DNA from: Octopus bimaculoides
Lineage: Eukaryota
DNA length: 64,000 bases
NCBI RefSeq assembly: GCF_001194135.2
Contig: NC_068981.1
Coordinates: 87,408,025-87,472,024, forward strand
Direction of reading: 5' to 3'
Shown here piece after piece: positions 11,791 to 25,473 of the stretch. Every line of letters starts with the position of its first letter. Within the stretch, counting starts at the first letter, position 1. The position numbers and the translations under genes were made by a program. A model generated the notes under the pieces. It saw only the letters and a list, made by a program, of their open reading frames with translations, was not told the DNA's origin and did not search any database.

Positions 11791-12407
11791 CTCACAGCCA
11801 ACCACATGTTAGGACGAAATCTGTCGCCACCGATATAGGAAAACGGTGAATCAATAATCACCTGGTGTTGCGAATAATCATCCAATTGAATAAAAAATCG
11901 TTATGTGCAACTGAAATTATACTGGATTAAAATAGATATCTGTGTATCATAGTAAATGTAAATATATCGTGGAAAGCAAATTTGAAGTGGTATTCATCTG
12001 AGGATATCTTTCATGAACGTGCAGTGTTTGAAACAAAATATATCGGAGGCAAACCAAAATTCCAGCAGTGGCTAGTGAGAACCTTTTCTACTCTAGGCAC
12101 AAGGCCCGAAATTTGCGGGGAAGGGGTCAGTCGATTAGATCAACCCCAATACGCAACTGGTACTTAATTTATCGACCCCGAAAGGATGAAAGGTGTAGTA
12201 ATATCAGTATATGACAATCTACAATTTTTACAATTGCATGCGAGAAAGAGAAGTCACTATCTTGTACGTAAAGCAAGAAAAATAAGAACTTTTGAGACGT
12301 TCGTAATAAGTCATAACATATTTATTCCTGGCTGTAATGCATTAACATATAAGAATGGTTTGAAAGAAAAGGCTTTTAGAATATGAAAAATAAGACATAA
12401 TAATTAT

Positions 12408-12622
12408 CCTTTTTGCTGTAGGCACAAGGTCTAGAATTTAGGGGGAAGGAGCTAGTTGACTACATCGATCCCAGTGTTTGACTGTTACTTAATTTATCGA
12501 CCCCGAAAGGGATGAAAGGCAAAGTGAACCTCCACGAAATTTAAACTCGGAACGTAAAGGCAGACGAAGTACCGCTAAGCATTTTGTCCGGTGTGCTAAC
12601 GATTCTATCAGCTCGACGCCTT
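12408..12622 (-). mobile_element. Family-A SINE (another partial copy at about 12062-12196)
   Basis: Reverse-complement match to family A. Confidence 0.75.
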
Positions 12623-12729
12623 ATAAGATATAGTAATAATAATAATTAGTAATAACAAAGCAAGTATAATGGGATGGGGAATTTCTATGCACAAATCGAA
12701 GAAATAAACATATAGGAAGAAAAAAAACT

Positions 12730-13804
12730 GGATCTTTTCTGTTTGGCTTTCAGTTCTTTCAATTTCGTTTTGCATTGTTTACATGGACTGAACAGCCATA
12801 GTTTGCTTGGGTTATTTTCTTTCTTTTTCTTTTTTTTTTCGGTGAAGGGTATTTGTTTGCTTTTTTTTTCCATTTGCAATTTAACGTTGTTTGTTTTTTC
12901 GTAATTTAACGTTCACATTTCAATTCCTTCAATTTCGTTCCAATTGATTTCAAATTTGGTGTATTGATGTACTTTTGTATGCTAATTATAGAAATGAAAT
13001 TAATTTTTGCCTTAAATTAATAAATAAAAAGTTAATAGCTTTTAAAATTTGAAAATTTTGGGTAGTTTTAACCAGACATATGGGTGCCTGTTTCCATAGT
13101 AACAAGCCAAGCTCTTGTGTAGTCTGCTTACCCGTATGTTGCCAACTCGTAACTTTTCGTATACGATGGAGAAATGGAAAACCGAAGAGAATGCGGTTGC
13201 TCGAGCAGACCTATGATCAAAAGGAGCATTCTAATACTGAACGCTCCATAGTTTTAGAGTTATCAAGGACTACCGTAATTTTGTATATCCTTCTTCATTT
13301 TATGACTTTGTTTGGGAGGAGATTTGGCTGCCTTTTCCAACAGTTCGATCGTTACATGAACTGAATTACAGTTTGTTTCTTTGTGATTTCGTGTTCTCGC
13401 AACAAAATATATTTACATGGACTGAACAACTACAGTTTGTATGGTTGGGGGGCCGTTTCCTTTTGTAATTTAACGTTAAGTTTGTCTTTTCGTAATTTAA
13501 CTATCACTTTCAGTTTCTTTGGGGCGTGGGGATTTTTCGCATTATATGCCTGTTCAAACATTTCACGTAATTTTATTCATTAAAACTTATTAAAACTTCC
13601 GTCGTTGAATGTTTTGTCGTCGGAATGTTGTCATCACGCACAAAATGCCAGCTTCCAAATCTTGTTTTCCCATTGGGTAAAAATTATCGAACTTCAATTT
13701 CTGTAACATTTTTCTAAAACTTTTTTGAAACAAATGAATAACAAATTTGACAATTTTAACTTTGTTTTAAAATTTCAAAAAATGAAGTCGAACAGAAAAG
13801 ATCC
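12730..13804. mobile_element. Non-autonomous TIR element (Merlin-like), longer relative of 3976-4529
   Basis: TIR GGATCTTTTCTGTT / AACAGAAAAGATCC; 8-bp TSD aaaaaact/aagaaact; shares internal CCTGTTTCCATAGTAACAAGCCAAGC block. Confidence 0.75.
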
Positions 13805-14559
13805 AAGAAACTATTTTAACGGCATAAAAGAAGCAGACAATATATTGTATTAATCGTAGAAGACGACTTTATGAATACAGATTTGTGTGTCAGGTGTAAT
13901 CAAGAAATATTGTGGGAAACCTGTTACAAATGGGTAACCAATATCCTATTGTGGAACGCTGTGATTAGAAGTTTAAACAAACTAAAGCTTAAACTCGGAT
14001 CTTTATGCGATTTACATCTTCTGAGTATATAGAACGTATTACGCGTGAAGAGCATTCTGCCTACTAAACACATATACGGTAAAGTTTTGCATATGCAACA
14101 TAGGCAGTTGAAAACTTCGACTAACTCACATTATCCAAGCAGCTTATAGACAAAATCCTTTTACTCTTTCTCTGTCTGGCAGTAAAATATATAACCATTA
14201 TGTTAAAAACCTGACTAGATACGGATGGAAGTGCTATGCGATGAAATGAAGTATCGTATCTTTTATTTATTTTTTATGAATGACATTAAGTTTTGTACTA
14301 CAGTTGACAAACAACTAGAAATTTTGTTATATATGCTGCTAAATTGGCATGAAATTGGATTTAGAAAATGGGCAATGTTGAAGAACAAAAATTTCAAAAA
14401 TCATTAATACTACCTTGGATAAAGACAATAGAATTACGCCAAACACAGACATTAGATTAAACCAAGGGACGAAAAATAGTGCAACACACGCACACAAACA
14501 CAAACAAACACACATACACACACAGACACACACACTGAAAGGAAAGAAGAGATTAGGGA

Positions 14560-14995
14560 AAATGTTATAGAAGCATTAGATAAATACTTAAATCAGAGTT
14601 AAACGCCCCAAAGTAAGGCAATAGGTATCAAGAAACTCTTTCTTCCAACAATAAGCTACCTTATAATGATGAATTTAAGGCAGTGATGTGTGGGGGGGGG
14701 GGGTAATATTTTCAGCGAAGTCATACCCAAAGAATACAAACGAGAAAAGAATCTAAGACTAGCATGGATTGATTTTTTCACAGTATTCTCCACACTTAGA
14801 CCTTGGAAACACTTGCCATGAGTAAAGTATCACTAGTAATGAGAAGATATATAAAACATGTTATGAGAAATGGGCAAACAATTTTGGTGATACAGACAAA
14901 AGAAGGAAATATAAAACGAAACCCATCCCCATGAGAAGCGGAATATTCCAAGAAGTCTCCTGGTCTCCATTCCTTTTCTGTTTAGCCAGGGTCAT
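14560..14995 (+). mobile_element. Decayed reverse-transcriptase fragment of an RLE-type (R4/Dong-like) LINE
   Basis: NLRLAWIDF and PIPMRSGIFQEVSWSPFLFCLA (RGIFQGD.LSP.LF motif). Confidence 0.65.
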
Positions 14996-16299
14996 GTCAA
15001 TCACAGGCTGGCGAAGGCTGCGACCAGAACTACCAAATTAGATTCAAGAGTGTATTAAACTGCGAGGTGTAAACCCCTTGTGTGGCAACCAGTGCAGTAT
15101 AACCTTCCTCAGCTAAAGGTAGATAGGCCGTTTTAGGTTTATGTCAACAACTTATCTAAAGATGGTGTCTCAATGAAAAGAATGATCCGACGCTCAATGA
15201 GCGGGAAATATAAATTCTGATGCCAGTCGGGTTATCTCTGTCACCTGAAAGGAGGGTGATTTTAGCCATAGATGGCAACCTTCATAGAGATGATGTCTCG
15301 ATAATTTGGTAGTGTAACCTTAAAATCACTATCAGCGTGAATGAGATTGGAGTCTTTAGGGGAGGATTCTTGTGCAGTTGGTGTTCTGCAGCACAAAAAC
15401 AGAACAGGTCGCCATACTTTTACTGCTGCAATACGCAAAGGATTCTAAGACAAAAAAATCAACACGATAGCATTGGAATGCAGTCAATTGTAATTATTTC
15501 TTTTTGTACCCGACGGTACTGTCTAGTTTTTAAATACGCTCACTGTTTATTCACATTTTACTATATATTATCGTTGTTGTCGTCGTCGTCGTCATCGGGG
15601 GAGGGGATGTTATTGTTGAAATTTTTTCATTCACTCTCAGAATATTTTCGTCACACCTCTCTCACCTTGTCGTAGGAATACTGATTTCAGCGAAAGAAGC
15701 AAAGATTACAGGAAAGAATGCTGTGCATTTGGAATGAAATTTGAGTATTCAATCTATCACAGAACAAGAGCTTTTAAGCTAAGTATCAATTGTGGGAAAT
15801 ACAATTCTGATTTAGAAATTGAAGAAATAAAGAGAAACATCAACCAAAAGTTACAAGACTTGACAGACCAAAGTAAGATGGGTGGCGATAACTCTTCGGG
15901 TAATCAGATGAATGAAACTATCGTAGCTAATCTAGAGAATACAAGTCTTACAATTGAAGCAAGGGCATCCAAGAGCATTCAGTAGAAAAGAAAATTTGAT
16001 GATAAGAGCCTTAATGACAATGTATTAGTGATCCTTTTAAACTGAGACAGAAGCTGAAGGAGCTAGAGGTCTCAGAATCAGTTATTTGAGAATATTGGAC
16101 TGAACCAAGATTAAGGAATGTCAAGAGTGAGCAGTGTGATTGATAAGGTTATCTGTGAAAGCATTAGAGACAACAACACGTTGATCTTAGCGGATGCAAA
16201 TGCATGTGCAGACATGTGTGGAGACAAAGAAAGAACAAGTGAAGGATCAGCACGTACCTTGATAGAAATGTGGACGTAAATGAAGATTAGCAGCCTTGG

Positions 16300-18050
16300 G
16301 AAAGATAGAAGGTGAACCAGTGGGAGCAAGGTAGATTAAGGATAGAAGAAGCAAAAGATAGATTAAAGGAAATGTATTACATCAGAAATAAGAGAGAATT
16401 GGGACATTTGAAGAGATAAAGCAGAGAATGATGGCAAAAGCTGCCAATTAATTAGACTGTGCAAAGGAAGAAATAGCCAAACGAATGTTTATTTGATATT
16501 TTTGAGAGAAATGGTAACATGATACCAAATGCTAAAGAAAGCAAATTATTTTGGGGAGAAATTGGAGTGGGGATGCAAATTACAATAATAAATTACTGTG
16601 AATGAAGCTAGTAGAAAATTATATTGGAAATGTCGAGGTACTATCACAAAATCAACTATCTGGAAGTCATTGAAAATTGTCGTAAAGTGAAAAGCGACTT
16701 AACCAGATGACTGAAAGAGTTTACAAGTCTCTACAAAACCACTAAATAAGTGCATGTCGTGTGGGGTGCCACTATAGACATTGAAAGTCGATGTTGCTTC
16801 TAATTACCAACAAATTACGACTACCACTTACGTAGAAACTAGTAACTGGAATAATTGCAGAAGAGATACACTAAGATTTATTTTGGAAACAATTAATGCC
16901 TGGTGGAAAACTGTCGAAAATTGGGTAAGATAATAAGCCACCAATTAATGATTGATAAGATGATCTTGTGGAATTACAGAGAGATAGAGTGTCATATTTA
17001 TGAAAGTATGAAGTGATTATAGAAAGATATATAACCAAGTCTCACATTCATGGATCAAGCATTACCTAGAGCTGATCAAGATCTCAAAAAAATTTTAATG
17101 TCTGCTAGAAAAAGAAACGCAACACTGGAGAGCAGTTTCAACAACAGGGTAGGAAAGAATTATAGATTAGAAAAATAATCGTTCAAAGGGATGGTCTCTC
17201 ATATCTAGTTAGAGATAACACAGTTCCCTTTATCGATTATTCTAAACAATGCTAAAAAATATATATATACATAGAAAAATAATAGGGAAAAGTTAATCAT
17301 CTTCTGTTTATAGATGATTTAAAGGTTTGTGATAAATGGTAATGACAAGAATCAACTGGATTCTTTAATGCAAACTATCAGAAGGCTTAGCAGTGACATT
17401 GGGATGACATTCAGAATCGAGAAATGTGCTATGATAGAAATGAAGCGTGGAAAAATCATAAAATTACTGAAATAAATCTACTCGATAGTGAGAATATAAA
17501 ATCCTTAACTGTAGAAGAAGCATATAAACATCTTAGAATATTGGAAAGTGATAAAATCAAAAGTCTAGAAATGAAGAAAGTCCTCAGTAAAAAAATATCT
17601 TCGCACAATGAAGGTGTTAAAGTATAACTTGAGTGTGATAAATATCACACAGACAGTCAGTTTGAGAGCAGTATTACTCTAAGGTATGGAAAGCAGGAAT
17701 CATGAAGTGGAAAAAAAGACGAATTGCAGGATAACTATAGAAAGAAAAGAAAGCAACTGACAATGTACAAAAGCATACAACTCTAATCAAATGTGGACAG
17801 TTTATATTGGGAAAGAACAGAAAGAAGAGGTGGATTAATAACTGTTGAAAGGATAATAGAAGAAGAGAAAGAAGTTTAAGTATTCTATCTACAGAAGGTA
17901 ATAAGTAAAGGGTTGTTTGGGAGTAGTTTTTACTAATTTTCTCTAGCTAGAAAATACATCCATACTATATTGAACTCTCCACAAAAATAGATGATAATCG
18001 CAACATAAACCTAAAATTAACACAAACAGCATAGAAAAAATGCACGTATT
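16300..18050 (+). mobile_element. Decayed RT region of an R4/Dong-like LINE
   Basis: Frameshifted motifs: HQLMIDKMIL, SHSWI, KVNHLLFIDDLKV (YMDD equivalent), SDIGMTFRIEKCAMIEMKRGK, AYKHLRILE, RGGLI. Confidence 0.75.
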
Positions 18051-18169
18051 TTGACCGTTAAAGTAATATGTCTTTATGAATTTGACCTGTTTGCTGCCTT
18101 TACCGTCAGAATTTGACCTGCTGTTAAATTCTGGCGGTAAAGTGTACATAAACAAAAATTTCAACCAGA

Positions 18170-18770
18170 ACTTCATCACACATGAAGGAAGAACTCCCTC
18201 TCTGAACTCCTCCAAGTGCTGTCTGTTGCTAGTTATTCGTGGCCATGTAGGTCCCAGATAGCGAGTGAGATCATCTCTCCATCTTGTCTTTGGTCGGCCT
18301 CTTGAGCTTATCTATTGTCTTGGTGTCCATTCCGTCACCCTGATTGTCTATCTGTTGTCCTTTAGTCGTGCGATGTAGTCAGCCCATCTATACTTCCTCT
18401 TCTTGATAGTTCTAATGACATCATTGACCTTTCATGTGTTGTCGAATCCAGGCATTTGTTTTCTTGTCCTGCAATGTGATGCTGAGCATGATTTGTTCTA
18501 TTCTCGTTGATTTACAATTAGGTAGAGTTGAAAGCCCATGTTTCACTGACGTAAATCATCACTGGCAGGATATACTCATTGGAGATCTTTCTTCTAATTT
18601 TCATGGAAGCCTTGAGACTTCTCGTGGGCTTTTCCACCAGGAGAGGACTTTCATCTTTCATCACTATCTTTCCCAGGTAAACAATAAAAGAAGCAGTATA
18701 GAATCCAACACAACTCTATATCCCAGTGACAATACTGAGATGGTCCTAAAACATTGATAAAAATGAGCTT
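18170..18770 (-). mobile_element. Decayed 3' fragment of an RTE-clade LINE
   Basis: YILPVMIYVSETW and RPTKDKME (RGRP..RW) motifs on the minus strand. Confidence 0.65.
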
Positions 18771-18887
18771 AGAAATTTATAGTTCCAAACTAATTGCAAT
18801 GGCCATACACAAAAATACAAAAAAAAAACCCTCAGAAAGATATTAGATTTGAATATAGTTGTGTTTACAATATAACATATATGCTTA

Positions 18888-19104
18888 GGGCTGCGAGCTG
18901 GCACAATCGTTAACACCCCGGGCAAAATACTTAGTGGCATTTCGTCCATCTTTACAATCTGAGTTCCAGTTCTGCCGAGGTTGGCTTTGCCTTTCATCCT
19001 TTCGGGGTTGCTAAAATAAGAACCAGTTGTGCACTGGAATTAATGTAATCGACTTACCCGTCCCCTGAACTTGCTGACCTTGTGCCAAAATTTGAAACCA
19101 ATAT
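18888..19104 (+). mobile_element. Family-A SINE
   Basis: Full-length match. Confidence 0.82.
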
Positions 19105-19145
19105 AGCATATGTGTATGTGTGTAATATATATATATATATTTATA

Positions 19146-19370
<225 letters not shown>

Positions 19371-19909
19371 ATATAGATGTATATATACACGTATACACAC
19401 ACATACATGTATATCATACACACACACACATATATATATACATACATATACAGTACATACACATATATATATGCATAAATACACTATATACACGCACATA
19501 TAAATGATACGAGCTTTTTATTGATTCCTAAAGTCCCTATTTCTAAGCATTTTCTTGAACTCACCTCATCTCCTTAACAAAACACTTTCACAAAACCCCA
19601 CACCTTAGCGCACGCTCCCAGTCCAAATTAAGTTGTGATTACAATCTATCGGAATTGCCTTTATCTTTTGGGGTTCTAACTCCTTCCATTTTCACTAATT
19701 TCTTCATACCCTCTATAAAACAGAATTTTGCATTGGAACTAGAGCTTTTTTTTTCTCCCTATTTCAGTGTAATAAGCCATATATCTGGCAAAACTTCGAA
19801 GTCACTGTCAATAATATATTACACATATCAGATTTTGTATTGAGTCCTTTATTGATTCATTATTCATTGTTTTTTTATGAATAAGAAACACTTTTTTATG
19901 AATAAGGAA

Positions 19910-21480
19910 CATGATGGCCCTTCAAATGAAATCTAAAAGTTCGCATGACTATTTACAGAAAGAAGACGGCTCAACTTTCTGGAAATAGTAAATTTAAGCC
20001 TTAATTTTTACATTAAGATGATCAGTGAATGTGCTAATGCTGACACAGAGACTGCCACTTATGTTCACGAGGAGCTGAAGAAAACTATTACTGAAGGAAA
20101 CCATGTACTAGAATCTGTGTATAATGTTGATGAATCTGTACTTTTCAGAAAGTTCTAGGATATTTATTTATAATGAAGAAAAATCATCACCAAGTTTCAA
20201 AGCTTCCAAAAGTTACTTAACGCTTCTTGTGAGAAGAAATATTACTGTTGCGAGGAAATTAAAGCCCTTATTTGTATATTACTACGAAAATCCAAAGGTT
20301 ATTCTCAATTTAAATCCTCTTGTGGTTTTGCTTCAAATATGAAGTATTGGATGGCAACGAACTTTTCCAAAACTGGTTTACAAACATTTTTTACGTAATG
20401 CAAAAAGCCACCAATCTAACGTAAATTATCTTTCTGATAATGTGAGAGAAATACATCCTGAAGAATACAACTTCTTTGCTCCAGCTAATGTTTTAAACTG
20501 TGATCGCTAACATCAAAGCATAACATTTGAAAACTTTGAAACAACTAATAAAAGCAATTTGTGGAAAGGATAAATCTACTGTTAATGATTACTATAAAAT
20601 GTTCAACATTAAAAATCAATGGATAAGAATACTGAATTATAGAATGAAGTGAAACCCTCAGCAATGAATGATGCTTGAGAAAAACATATGGCCAAACTGT
20701 ATTTGTGACTTACTGGTCTTCTACAAATAAATTCTACATGAAGTTTAGCAGAATATTATAATATTGACAAAGAGAGTAAAAGGTAAAGACCCCCTTCAAT
20801 CATGAATAACCATGGAATTCACCTAGAAAGCTCCCCCTCCAAGGCACAAGTCTGGGCAAGGTTGTCTATGGAAGACCAGCAGTCGCCCATGCATACCAGC
20901 CTCCCCTCTCCACGCTACCGATGTTATCCAAAGGAAAAGCAAAGGCCAATACAGCTTGGCACCACTGACGTTGCAACTCATTTATACAGCTGAGTGAACT
21001 GGAGCAACGTAAAATAAAGTGTCTTGCTCAAGAGCACAATACAGAGCACGGTCCGAGAATCGAACTCACAACCTCATGGTTGTGATCCCTACGCTCTAAC
21101 AAGTGAGCCATGTGCCTTCAGTTTTAGAGAGGTCATGGAAACTCATATGGTTAAGTTATTTGGTCTAATAGAAAAAAACTGGGTCGAAATAAAAGCTGAG
21201 GACGCTACAACGAAAGCGATTGCAGAGCAAGAGGAGAACATAGAAGACCCACCAACTCCACTTCAGATGACTGCAAAAAATATGGTTAAAGGTTTAGCAC
21301 TTATAAAAGAAGGCCTGCGAGTCTTTCCTCATAGCAATCTTAATCGAGAAAGTAAAATAAAAATTACAAGAGGATTTCACGAGCTCAATTCTTATACTGA
21401 GCAATTACAAAGAGAGGGTATGTCCTAACTGCAAACAACTTTGGGTGTGCCCTGCACCCAGCAGCATATGCTACTGCTGC
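19910..21480 (+). mobile_element. Decayed Tigger/pogo transposase, interrupted by a SINE
   Basis: VYNVDESVLF (VFNxDETGL), FKASKSYLTLL (FKASKDRLTLL), and C-terminal MTAKNMVKGLALI..QTTL in fragmented frames. Confidence 0.7.
20772..21118 (-). mobile_element. tRNA-derived SINE, family E, inserted in the Tigger remnant
   Basis: GCACATGGCTCACTTGTTAG head, GAGTTCGATTC B-box, TTCACTCAGCTGTATAAATGAG central block. Confidence 0.75.
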
Positions 21481-21697
21481 TTCTGATGACGACGACGACG
21501 GTGGAATCCAAAAAGCTAAAGATATGCCCCATTCCAACCCAGTAAATGCTATAGCACCATCATCCTACCATACATCATTTGAAAACAGATATGAAGTCTG
21601 ATGGAAGCTTCTAATATAAGAGATATTAACATCTAGTATTTCATATTTTATATAATAAAGAATCTCGTTAATTCCATTTTCTGTCTTTGATCTATAT

Positions 21698-22047
21698 CAG
21701 TGATTCTCAACTGGAGTCCATATGGCCCTTGAGGGTCCATATAAGATTGGGGGAGGGGGCACATAACAAGATAGTAAATTGGGGATCCACAATAGTATTT
21801 TAAAGGCCCCAGAAAAAATTTTGATTTAGATGTATGGTATGTATTGCAAGAAACAGATAGGTTGCTTTCTCCAACATTTTTACATTGTTCAATCTACAAA
21901 AATTAATGTGTGAAAAACGAAATAGGAACTTTGAAAGAAGTTTCTATAAAACTAGTTTTTAAACATCGAATAACTATGGGAGTCCACTAGAATAAAATAA
22001 TAATCAGAGGAGTCCGTAAATAAAAAAAAAATGGTTGAGAATCCATG
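21698..22047. mobile_element. hAT (Charlie-type) MITE
   Basis: CAGTGATTCTCAAC / GTTGAGAATCCATG termini; degenerate 8-bp TSD atctatat/aactatac. Confidence 0.65.
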
Positions 22048-22384
22048 AACTATACACACACACACACACACATAATATAATATTATATTATATTATATTA
22101 TATTATACGCACCCACCCAACCACACACAAGTAAAACAGAGGAAGGCTATGAGATAAAAAGGGGACACACAGGCAAATAAAACATGTGGTGGTAGAATAA
22201 GGGTAAGGGTACAAAAATTAAGCGCAGCAATAACACAGAATGGGTACAGTGAAAATAAACATTTCACATGGAAGAACTAGAAGAGGATATAACGTTTTGG
22301 GTTTTACTGATCATCAAAACTGAAGTGAAAGTAAATAGGAGAAAAAAATAAAAACTACATCAAATTTACGATTGTTTATATTGG

Positions 22385-22461
<77 letters not shown>

Positions 22462-23416
22462 TGATCACCGGTGTTGGCTTGTTTATGTTCTCGAAACTTA
22501 GTGGTTCTATAAAAATAGAACCGGCAGAATAACAGGACTTACAAGTAAGTAATGCCGATATGATTGACTAAAACTCTTCAAGACAGTGCACAAGCAATGA
22601 CTAAAACAAGTAAAAAAAAAATTTTTTAAGTAAATAAATAAAAGAATAAAATCAAATTTTTCAAGATTTCAAAATGTACCTTCAGCAAATGGATTTTTAG
22701 AGTCTTCAGCCATCGTTAAATTTACCTTTCCTGTGTATGTGTAAGTGGAAAGCTATGCAAGTTTATACTTATCCCTTTTCTGTTTTCCTGTATATTTCAA
22801 TGTATTAGCTTCTATCGTTTTCAGTTAGTTCGTACTCAGTGTAAATACTGTTTGTTAGTATATTTTATATTTCTATTTGCTATGCTCATTATAAAAACAC
22901 ATAAATATAATTAAAAGATTCTCTTTTCATTAGAATGCATACTTTTAAATATATTACAAAAACGAATCGATATTTTTTCTATCTTTGATAATTATACATT
23001 AGTACACAAACTAAACAGAATGGTGTTTGTGTGTTTATATAATCATATGTATACATATATTGTACGTGTGTGTGTTTATTCATATGCATATATATGTGTG
23101 TGTGAGTATATGTATATATATATATATACACATACATATTTGTGTGTTTGTGTACATGTGGTGTGTACGCGTCGTGTCTGTGTGTGTCAAAGAGAGAGAA
23201 TATGTGTGTAAGTACTTTTGAAGACGGATATATAATTAACTATATTATTCGTTTGTAACAGCAGTGAGACTGCCTGTTTGAAACATTTGTTTCTATACAA
23301 AACAAATTGAATTAGCCCTATAAAATTTTTAATGTAATTAGGATTACACATTTACTGTGAACAATCTCCCGTGGTGAGATCTGTCTGTGTGCGCTTACAT
23401 GCATACATACATACAT

Positions 23417-23447
<31 letters not shown>

Positions 23448-23451
23448 TAGT

Positions 23452-24740
23452 GTCTGCAGTGCCAGTACTCATACCAACATTTAGGCCACTTGATGGAAAC
23501 CTTGATGAGATCCGGGGCATTGATGTGAAAATCCGGAAGATACTAACAAGCACACATAATTTCCACATCAACAGCGACGTTGACCGTCTTTACCTAAAAT
23601 GGAAACAAAGGGCAGAATCTTGATATCGATCCAGTTTGCTTTTGAGTGTCATATATCTTTTCATAACCAAGTGTCGAAGCGCATCCCTTGACCAAGTTTG
23701 CATACACGAAGCAGATAACATCATGAGACTTCGAAAGCAGCTCCTTGAACAGCATTCTTTGTCTGATAACTTTGAATACATGCCCAGAGATGCCGCACGA
23801 CTCTACCGCAACGTATCATCAGATGAAAGGATGAGCATATATCAGCAGAAGAGCATGCAAGGATATGTTAGCAAAAAGCTCCGGGATGATAGTAACATTG
23901 GTAATCAAAGCAGTCTGTCATGAACCAACAACCGGATTACTAACACTAACTTAGAAGGGTATGCGTTTGCAATCCAGGAACAAGAAATATCAACCATTTG
24001 GTTGATATTTCCTGTTCCTGGATTGCACAAGAGGAACAGAGACGCGGGAAAAACACCAAAATATGATAACCGATGCAGATTTAGTGGAGCTAACACCGAA
24101 GATTTCACCCACATCATAAGCAGTTATCCGAAAATGTCGTCGTAGTATTATCTACCGATGAAACATGATGTGGCTTAGACACTGTATAACGAGATCCATC
24201 GGAAGGATAACCCCCAAAGCCAAAGAAAAGAGAATCTACAGTATGGTAGAGACCATAGCCACTCATAATGAGGAGTACTGCTGGAATGTCCCAGTGAAGA
24301 CCTCAATAGAATGTAAACATAATAGACCTGACATTACTGATTAGGGATAGAGAAGAGAAACTGTGTACAGTGGTGGAAATCAGCTACCAGGCGGAGGTTA
24401 ACATAAAGCTAAAGATCAGAGAAAAAGAGAATACCTACGCTGAACTATTGAGTATTCTACAGTTGCTCTACCCAAATTACAAGTTCGGGTTTATACCTAT
24501 AATTATTGACGCCCTGCCTAAGTACCAATCTTGGGAAATTAGGCTTCTCAAAACCAGAAAGGAGAAAGCTGATTCGAAGACTACAGATCCAAGCCATTAC
24601 TGGAACTGTTAAAATCTATAAAATTTTCCAGAAGTTTATCATTTAAATATAGCAGCATGTCTAGACTTGTAACTTATGCATGAGAACATATACATAGAAC
24701 AAAACATACACATCTACACATGCACTGACTCCAAATACAG
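23452..24740 (+). mobile_element. 3' fragment of an R4/Dong-like LINE with restriction-like endonuclease
   Basis: INSDVDRLY, CCHC-knuckle remnant (CRF..HIISS..KHD), KHNRPDI, VVEISY..KIREKENTY, FIPIIIDAL. Confidence 0.8.
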
Positions 24741-24800
24741 CGGACGCCCGCATATTTGCGGTTCGGCATTCGTGGTCCCGATTATTCGCGCAACGAAACC
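24737..24800 (+). mobile_element. Tigger-like terminal inverted repeat
   Basis: TA|CAGCGGACGCCCGCATATTTGCGGTTCGG. Confidence 0.5.
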
Positions 24801-25081
24801 ACCGCATATTTGCAGAATCATAAATATCGTCCGCGATTTTTTTATGGCTCCTTTCGTAGGAGTATATATTTTTTCACACTTTTTAAGGCTAAATTATTAA
24901 GAACAATATACTGTATTTGCCGGCTTATTAGACGCCCCTTCGCAGCTGAAGCTGCATCACGTCACTTGATTATTCTAGATACAAGTACACTTTATCTTGT
25001 ATCTCTTATTCCTGCCTTCAATCAAAGCTTGCTAATTACTATAGCGACATCTATGTATATTTCACACGTACACATTCTCTC

Positions 25082-25114
<33 letters not shown>

Positions 25115-25473
25115 ATGTGTGTGTAAATAGTTATTGCCAAGCTAACCTGGCAGTCCAGAAAAATAGGACGAATGTTGCTGTTGATTAGCTCCAAGAGGCC
25201 ATCGCCCCTAGCTAGCTATGTGACACACAAACCTGTGTCCATTACAACTTTCGAACGGGGAGGGAGGGCATCAGCTTCCCCATGCTGGTTCAGACATCCA
25301 CACACTAGTTTCAGGGTACTTGCCCTTTATCAATGTGGAGTTTTCTCTTTATTATAGGCATAAAGCCTGAAAAAGAAGAGACACCACAAGGACTAACACA
25401 AGACATGGGGTACATAGAACGTATTGTATGAAATATGAATTTAATAAATAAAATGAAAAATGAAATGGCTTAC

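Noticed and set aside
14990-15060. Possible HDV-like ribozyme upstream of the R4-like LINE
   Set aside because: Could not place P1, P2 and P3 consistently
22290-22320. Minus-strand UUGAUGA...AAAACGUU hammerhead-like echo
   Set aside because: Both core boxes mutated and no stem II
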